A stretch of DNA of 64,000 bases, taken from assembly GCA_964016885.1 (NCBI GenBank), contig OZ024744.1:75950001-76014000 (forward strand). Reading direction: 5' to 3'. Within the stretch, counting starts at the first letter, position 1. Each line of letters opens with the position of its first letter. The notes under the pieces are model-generated. The model saw only the letters and a program-made list of their open reading frames with translations, ran no database searches and was not told where the DNA came from. The position numbers and the translations under genes are program-made. The DNA comes from Eledone cirrhosa (lineage: Eukaryota). Positions 55,601 to 64,000 of the stretch are shown piece after piece.

Positions 55601-58600
55601 CTGTTGACATAGACATCTATATCAAGTGGGACAATCCTATTGTTGGTAGGTGTTGACAGATACATCTATATCAAGTGGGACAGTGCTATTGTTGGTAGGT
55701 GTTGACATAGACATCTATATCAAGTGGGACAGTCCTATTGTTGGTAGGTGTTGACATAGACATCTATATAGAGTAGGACAGTCCTATTGTTGGTAGGTGT
55801 TGACATAGACATCTATATCAAAAGGGACAGTCCTACTGTTGGTAGGTGTTGACAGATACATCTATATCAAGTGGGACAGTGCTATTGTTGGTAGGTGTTG
55901 ACATAGACATATATATCAAGTGGGACAGTCCTATTGTTGGTAGGTGTTGACATAGACATCTATATCAAGTGGGACAGTCCTCTTGTTGGTAGGTGTTGAC
56001 AGATACATCTATATCAAGTGGGAGTGTCCTATTGTTGGTAGGTGTTGACATAGACATCTATATCAAGTGGGACAATCCGATTGTTGGTAGGTGTTGACAG
56101 ATACATCTATATAAGTGGGACAGTCCTATTGGGTGTAGGTGTTGACAAAGACATCTATATCAAGTGGGACAATCCTATTGTTGGTAGGTGTTGACATAGA
56201 CATCTATATCAAGTGGGACAGTCCTCTTGTTGGTAGGTGTTGACAGATACAATTATATCAATTGGGACAGTCCTATTGTTGGTAGGTGTTGACATAGACA
56301 TCTATATCCATTGGGACAGTCCTATTGTTGGTAGGTGTTGACAGATACATCTATATCAAGTGGGACAGTTCTATTGTTGGTAGGTGTTGACAGATACATC
56401 TATATCAAGTGGGACAGTCCTATTGTTGTTAGGTGTTGACATAGATATCTATATCAAGTTGGACAATCCTATAGTTGGTAGGTGTTGACATAGACATCTA
56501 TATCAAGTGGGACAGTCCTATTGTTGGTAGGTGTTGACATAGACATCTATATCAAGTGGGACAGTCCTATTGTTGGTAGGTGTTGACAGATACATCTATA
56601 TCAAGTGGGACAGTCCTATAGTTGGTAGGTTTGAAATATACATCTATATCAAGTGGGACAGTCCTATTGTTGGTAGGTGTTGACAGATATATCTATATCA
56701 AGTGGGACAGTCCTATTGTTGGTAGGTGTTGACATAGATATCTATATCAAGTGGGACAATCCTATTGTTGGTAGGTGTTGACATAGATATCTATATCAAG
56801 TGGGATAGTCCTATTGTTGGTAGGTGTTGACAGATACATCTATATCAAGTGGGACACCCCTATTGTTGGTAGGTGTTGACAGATACACCGATATCAAGTG
56901 GGACAATCCTATTGTTGGTAGGTGTTGACAGATACATCTATATCAAGTGGGACAGTCCTATTGTTAGTAGGTGTTGACAGATACATCTATATCAAGTGGG
57001 ACAGTACTATTGTTGGTAGAGGTTGACAGATATATCTATATCAAGTGGGACAGTCCTATCGTTGGTAGGTGTTGACAGATACATCTATATCAAGTGGGAC
57101 AGTCCTATTGTTGGTAGGTGTTGACATAGACATCTATATCAAGTGGGACAGTCCTATTGTTGGTAGGTGTTGACATAGACATCCATACCAAGTGGGACAA
57201 TCCTATTGTTGGTAGGTGTTGACAGATATATCTATATCTAGTGGGACAGTCCTATTGTTGGTAGGTGTTAACAGATACATCTATATCAAGTGGGACAGTC
57301 CTCTTGTTGGTAGGTGTTGACAGATACATCTATATGAAGTGGGACAGTCCTATTGTTACTAGGTGTTGACATGGACATCTATATAAAGTGGGATAGTCCC
57401 ATTGTTGGTAGGTGTTGACAGATACATCTATATCAAATGGGACAGTCCTATTGTGTGTAAGTGTTGACATAGACATCTATATCAAGTGGGACAGTCCTCT
57501 TGTTGGTAGGTGTTGACATAGACATCTATATCAAGTGGGACAGTCCTATTGTTGGTAGGTGTTGACATAGACATCTATATCAAGTGGGACAGTCCTATTG
57601 TTGGTAGGTGTTGACATAGACATCTATATCAAGTGGGACAATCCTATTGTTGGTAGGTGTTGACAGATACATCTATATAAGTGGGACAATCCTATTGTGT
57701 GTAGGTGTTGACATAGACATCTATATCAAGTGGGACAATCCTATTGTTTGTAGGTGTTGACATAGACATCTATATCAAGTGGGACAGTCCTCTTGTTGGT
57801 AGGTGGTGACAGATACTTCTATATCAATTGGGACAGTCCTATTGTTGGTAGGTGTTGACATAGACATCTATATCAAGTGGGACAATCCTATTATTGGTAG
57901 GTGTTGACAGATACATCTATATCAAGTGGGACAGTCCTATTGTTGGTAGGGGTTGACAGATATATCTATATCAATAGGACAGTCCTATTGTTGGTAGGTG
58001 TTGACAGATACATCTATATCAAGTGGGACAGTCCTATTGTTGGTAGGTGTTGACAGATACATCTATATCAAGTGGGATAGTCCTATTGTTGGTAGGTGTT
58101 GACATAGACATCAATATCAAGTGGGACATTCCTATTGTTGGTAGGTGTTGACAAATACATCTATATCAAGTGGGGCAGTTCTATTGTTGGTAGGTGTTGA
58201 CAGATACATCTATATCAAGTGGGACAGTCCTATTGTTGGTAGGTGTTGACAGATATATCTATATCAAGTGGGACAGTTCTATTGTTGGTAGGTGTTGACA
58301 TAGATATCTATATCAAGTGGGACAGTCCTATTGTTGGTAGGTGTTGACAGATACATCTATATCAAGTGGGACAGTCCTATTGTTGGTAGGTGTTGACATA
58401 GACATCTATATCAAGTGGGACAGTCCTATTGTTGGTAGGTGTTGACATAGACATCTATATCAAGTGGGACAATCCTATTGTTGGTAGGTGTTGACAGATA
58501 TATCTATATCAAGTGGGACAGTCCTATTGTTGGTAGGTGTTGACAGATACATCTATATCAAGTGGGACAGTCCTCTTGTTGGTAGGTGTTGACAGATACA

Positions 58601-61600
58601 TCTATATGAAGTGGGACAGTCCTATTGTTAGTAGGTGTTGACATAGACATCTATATAAAGTGGGATAGTCCTATTGTTGGTAGGTGTTGACAGATACATC
58701 TATATCAAATGGGACAGTCCTATTGTGTGTAAGTGTTGACATAGACATCTATATCAAGTGGGACAGTCCTCTTGTTGGTAGGTGTTGACAGATACATCTA
58801 TATAAGTGGGACAATCCTATTGTGTTTAGGTGTTGACATAGACATCTATATCAAGTGGGACAATCCTATTATTGGTAGGTGTTGACAGATACATCTATAT
58901 CAAGTGGGACAGTCCTATTGTTGGTAGGTGTTGACAGATATATCTATAACAATAGGACCGTCCTATTGTAGGTAGGTGTTGACAGATACATCTATATCAA
59001 GTGGGACAGTCCTATTGTTGGTAGGTGTTGACATAGACATCTATATCAAGTGGGACAGTCCTATTGTTGGTAGGTGTTGACAGATACATCTATATCAAGT
59101 GGGATAGTCCTATTGTTGGTAGGTGTTGACAGATACATCTATATAAGTGGGACAGTCCTATTGTGTGTAAGTGTAGAATTAGACATCTATAACAAGTGGG
59201 ACAGTCCTCTTGTTGGTAGGTGTTGACATAGACATCTATATCAAGTGGGACAGTCCTATTGTTGGTAGGTGTTGACAGATACATCTATATCAAGTGGGAC
59301 AGTCCTATGTTGGTAGGTGTTGACATAGACATCTATATCAAGTGGGACAATCCTATTGTTGGTAGGTGTTGACAGATACATCTATATCAAGTGGGACAGT
59401 CCTATTGTTGTTAGGTGTTGACAGTGACATCTATATCAATTGGGACAGTCCTATTGTTGGTAGGTGTTTACATAGACATCTATATCAAGTGGGACAATCC
59501 TATTGTTGGTAGGTGTTGACAGATACATCTATATCAAGTGGGACAGTCCTATTGTTGGTAGGTGTTGACAGATACATCTATATCAAGTGGGACAGTCCTA
59601 TTTTTCGTAGGTGTTGACAGATACATCTATATGAAGTGGGACAGTCCTATTGTTAGTAGGTGTTGACATAGACATCTATATAAAGTGGGAAAGTCTTCTC
59701 CTTGGTAGGTGTTGACAGATACATCTATATCAAGTGGGACAGTCCTATTGTTGGTAGGTGTTGACATAGACATCTATATCAAGTGGGACAATCCTATTGT
59801 TGGTAGGTGTTGACAGATACATCTATATAAGTGGGACAATCCTACTGTGTGTAGGTGTTGACATAGACATCTATATCAAGTGGGACAATCCTATTGTTGG
59901 TAGGTGTTGACATAGACATCTATATCAAGTGGGACAGTCCTCTTGTTGGTAGGTGGTGACAGATACTTCTATATCAATTGCGACAGTCCTATTGTTGGTA
60001 GGTGTTGACATAGACATCTATATCAAGTGGGACAATCCTATTATTGGTAGGTGTTGACAGATACATCTATATCAAGTGGGACAGTCCTATTGTTGGTAGG
60101 TGTTGACAGATATATCTATATCAAGTAGGACAGTCCTATTGTTGGTAGGTGTTGACAGATACATCTATATCAAGTGGGACAGTCCTATTGTTGGTAGGTG
60201 TTGACATAGACATCTATATCAAGTGGGACAGTCCTATTGCTGGTAGGTGTTGACAGATACATCTATATCAAGTGGGATAGTCCTATTGTTGGTAGGTGTT
60301 GACAGATACATCTATATAAGTGGGACAGTCCTATTGTGTGTAAGTGTTGAATTAGACATCTATATCAAGTGGGAGAGTCCTATTGTTGGTAGGTGTTGAC
60401 ATAGACATCTATATCAAGTGGGACAGTCCTATTGTTGGTAGGTGTTGACAGATACATCTATATCAAGTAGGACAGTCCTATTGTTGGTAGGTGTTGACAT
60501 AGACATCTATATCAAGTGGGACAATCCTATTGTTGGTAGGTGTTGACAGATACATCTATAACAAGTGGGACAGTCCTAGTGTTGTTAGGTGTTGACATTG
60601 ATATCTATATCAATTGGGACAGTCCTATTGTTGGTAGGTGTTTACATAGACATCTATATCAAGTGGGCCAGTCCTATTGTTGGTAGGTGTTGACAGATAC
60701 ATCTATATTAAGTGGGACAGGCCTATTGTTGGTAGGTGTTGACATAGACATCTATATCAAGTGGGACAGTCCTATTGTTGGTAGGTGTTGACATAGACAT
60801 CTATATCAAGTGGGACAATCCTATTGTTGGTAGGTGTTGACAGATACATCTATATCAAGTGGGACAGTCCTATTGTTGGTAGAGGTTGACAGATATATCT
60901 ATATCAAGTGGGACATTCCTATTGTTGGTAGGTGTTGAAAGATACATCTATATCAAGTGGGACGGACCGATTGTTGGTAGGTGTTGTCAGATACATCTAT
61001 ATCAAGTGGGACAGTCCTATTGTTGGTAGGTGTTGACATAGACATCTATATCAAGTGGGACAGTCCTATTGTTGGTAGGTGTTGACAGATACATCTATAT
61101 CAAGTGGGACAGTCCTATTGTTGGTAGGTGTTGACATAGACATCTATATCAAGTGGGACAATCCTATTGTTGGTAGGTGTTGACAGATACATCTATATAA
61201 GTGGGACAGTCCTATTGTGTGTAGGTGTTGACAGATACATCTATATCAAGTGGGACAGTCCTATTTTTGGTAGGTGTTGACAAATACATCTATATGAAGT
61301 GGGACAGTCCTATTGTTAGTAGGTGTTGACATAGACATCTATATAAAGTGGGATAGTCCTATTGTTGGTAGGTGTTGACAGATACATCTATATCAAATGG
61401 GACAGTCCTATTGTGTGTAAGTGTTGACATAGACATCTATATCAAGTGGGACAGTCCTCTTGTTGGTAGGTGTTGACATAGACATCTATATCAAGTGGGA
61501 CAGTCCTATTGTTGGTAGGTGTTGACATAGACATCTTTATCAAGTAGGACAATCCTATTGTTGGTAGGTGTTGACAGATACATCTATATAAGTGGGACAA

Positions 61601-64000
61601 TCCTATTGTGTGTAGGCGTTGACATTGACATCTATATCAAGTGGGACAATCCTATTGTTGGTAGGTGTTGACAGATACATCTATATCAAGTGGGACAGTC
61701 CTATTGTTGGTAGGTGTTGACAGATACATCTATATCAAGTGGGACAGTCCTATTTTTCGTAGGTGTTGACAGATACATCTATATGAAGTGGGACAGTCCT
61801 ATTGTTAGTAGGTGTTGACATAGACATCTATATAAAGTGGGAAAGTCTTCTTCTTGGTAGGTGTTGACAGATACATCTATATCAAGTGGGACAGTCCTAT
61901 TGTTCGTAGGTGTTGACATAGACAACTATATCAAGTGGGACAATCCTATTGTTGGTAGGTGTTGACAGATACATCTATATAAGTGGGACAGTCCTATTGT
62001 GTGTAGGTTTTGACATAGACATCTATATCAAGTGGGACAATCCTATTGTTGGTAGGTGTTGACATAGACATCTATATCAAGTGGGACAGTCCTCTTGTTG
62101 GTAGGTGTTGACAGATACATCTATATCAATTGGGACAGTCCTATTGTTGGTAGGTGTTGACATAGACATCTATATCAATTGGGACAGTCCTATTGTTGGT
62201 AGGTGTTGACATAGACATCTTTATCAAGTAGGACAATCCTATTGTTGGTAGGTGTTGACAGATACATCTATATAAGTGGGACAGTCCTATTGTGTGTAGG
62301 CGTTGACATTGACATCTATATCAAGTGGGACAATCCTATTGTTGGTAGGTGTTGACAGATACATCTATATCAAGTGGGACAGTCCTATAGTTGGTAGGTT
62401 TGAAAGATACATTTATATCAAGTGGGACAGTCCTATTGTTGGTAGGTGTTGACAGATATATCTATATCAAGTGGGACAGTCCTATTGTTGGTAGGTGTTG
62501 ACATAGATATCTATATCAAGTGGGACAATCCTATTGTTGGTAGGTGTTGACATAGACATCTATATCAAGTGGGATAGTCCTATCGTTGGTAGGTGTTGAC
62601 AGATACATCTATATCAAGTGGGACAGCCCTATTGTTGGTAGGTGTTGACAGATACATCGATATCAAGTGGGACAATCCTATTGTTGGTAGGTGTTGACAG
62701 ATACATCTATATCAAGTGGGACAGTCCTATTGTTGGTAGGTGTTGACAGATACATCTATATCAAGTGGGACAGTCCTATTGTTGGTAGGTGTTGACAGAT
62801 ACATCTATATCAAGTGGGACAGTCCTATTGTTGGTAGGTGTTGACAGATATATCTATATCAAGTGGGACAGTCCTATTGTTGGTAGGTGTTGACATAGAT
62901 ATCTATATCAAGTGGGACAATCCTATTGTTGGTAGGTGTTGACATAGACATCTATATCAAGTGGGATAGTCCTATCGTTGGTAGGTGTTGACAGATACAT
63001 CTATATCAAGTGGGACAGCCCTATTGTTGGTAGGTGTTGACAGATACATCGATATCAAGTGGGACAATCCTATTGTTGGTAGGTGTTGACAGATACATCT
63101 ATATCAAGTGGGACAGTCCTATTGTTGGTAGGTGTTGACAGATACATCTATATCAAGTGGGACAGTCCTATTGTTGGTAGGTGTTGACAGATACATCTAT
63201 ATCAAGTGGGACAGTCCTATTGTTGGTAGGTGTTGACATAGACATGTATATCAAGTGGGACAGTCCTATTGTTGGTAGGTGTTGACATAGACATCTATAT
63301 CAAGTGGGACAATCCTATTGTTGGTAGGTGTTGACAGATACATCTATAACAAGTGGGACAGTCCTAGTGTTGTTAGGTGTTGACATTGATATCTATATCA
63401 ATTGGGACAGTCCTATTGTTGGTAGGTGTTTACATAGACATCTATATCAAGTGGGCCAGTCCTATTGTTGGTAGGTGTTGACAGATACATCTATATTAAG
63501 TGGGACAGGCCTATTGTTGGTAGGTGTTGACATAGACATCTATATCAAGTGGGACAGTCCTATTGTTGGTAGGTGTTGACATAGACATCTATATCAAGTG
63601 GGACAATCCTATTGTTGGTAGGTGTTGACAGATACATCTATATCAAGTGGGACAGTCCTATTGTTGGTAGAGGTTGACAGATATATCTATATCAAGTGGG
63701 ACATTCCTATTGTTGGTAGGTGTTGACAGATACATCTATATCAAGTGGGACGGACCTATTGTTGGTAGGTGTTGTCAGATACATCTATATCAAGTGGGAC
63801 AGTCCTATTGTTGGTAGGTTTTGACAGATACATCTATATCAAGTGGGACAGTCCTATTGTTGGTAGGTGTTGACATAGACATCTATATCAAGTGGGACAA
63901 TCCTATTGTTGGTAGGTGTTGACAGATACATCTATATAAGTGGGACAGTCCTATTGTGTGTAGGTGTTGACAGATACATCTATATCAAGTGGGACAGTCC
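40562..64000. repeat. 49-bp tandem satellite, ~480 monomers, continuing past the window end
   Basis: Consensus ATCTATATCAAGTGGGACAGTCCTATTGTTGGTAGGTGTTGAC(ATAGAC/AGATAC); period 49 (e.g. 40681 to 40730). Confidence 0.99.

Noticed and set aside
40562-64000. CRISPR-like array
   Set aside because: Monomers are head-to-tail with no unique spacers, there are no cas genes, and the context is eukaryotic.

Overview
AT-rich, microsatellite-dense, apparently gene-free metazoan DNA. The repeat repertoire (tRNA-derived SINEs, R4/Dong, RTE, Tx1, Penelope) resembles a cephalopod such as Octopus; this is inferred from recall, not from a search. Bases 1-40 kb are a mosaic of transposons. They include a near-intact 4.2 kb R4/Dong-type RLE LINE inserted in a (TACA)n microsatellite, truncated copies of it and of related families, a decayed Penelope (RT + GIY-YIG), RTE fragments, a Tx1 3' end in (ATCT)n, many SINEs, several MITEs, and long palindromes between (TA)n tracts. 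From ~40560 to the window end (>23 kb) is a 49-bp satellite with higher-order structure. Its monomer reads in frame into the endonuclease C-terminus and 3' end of an adjoining R4/Dong retrotransposon, so the satellite appears to have arisen from that element's coding sequence. No host protein-coding gene could be supported. All alignments were made by eye, so boundaries are approximate.
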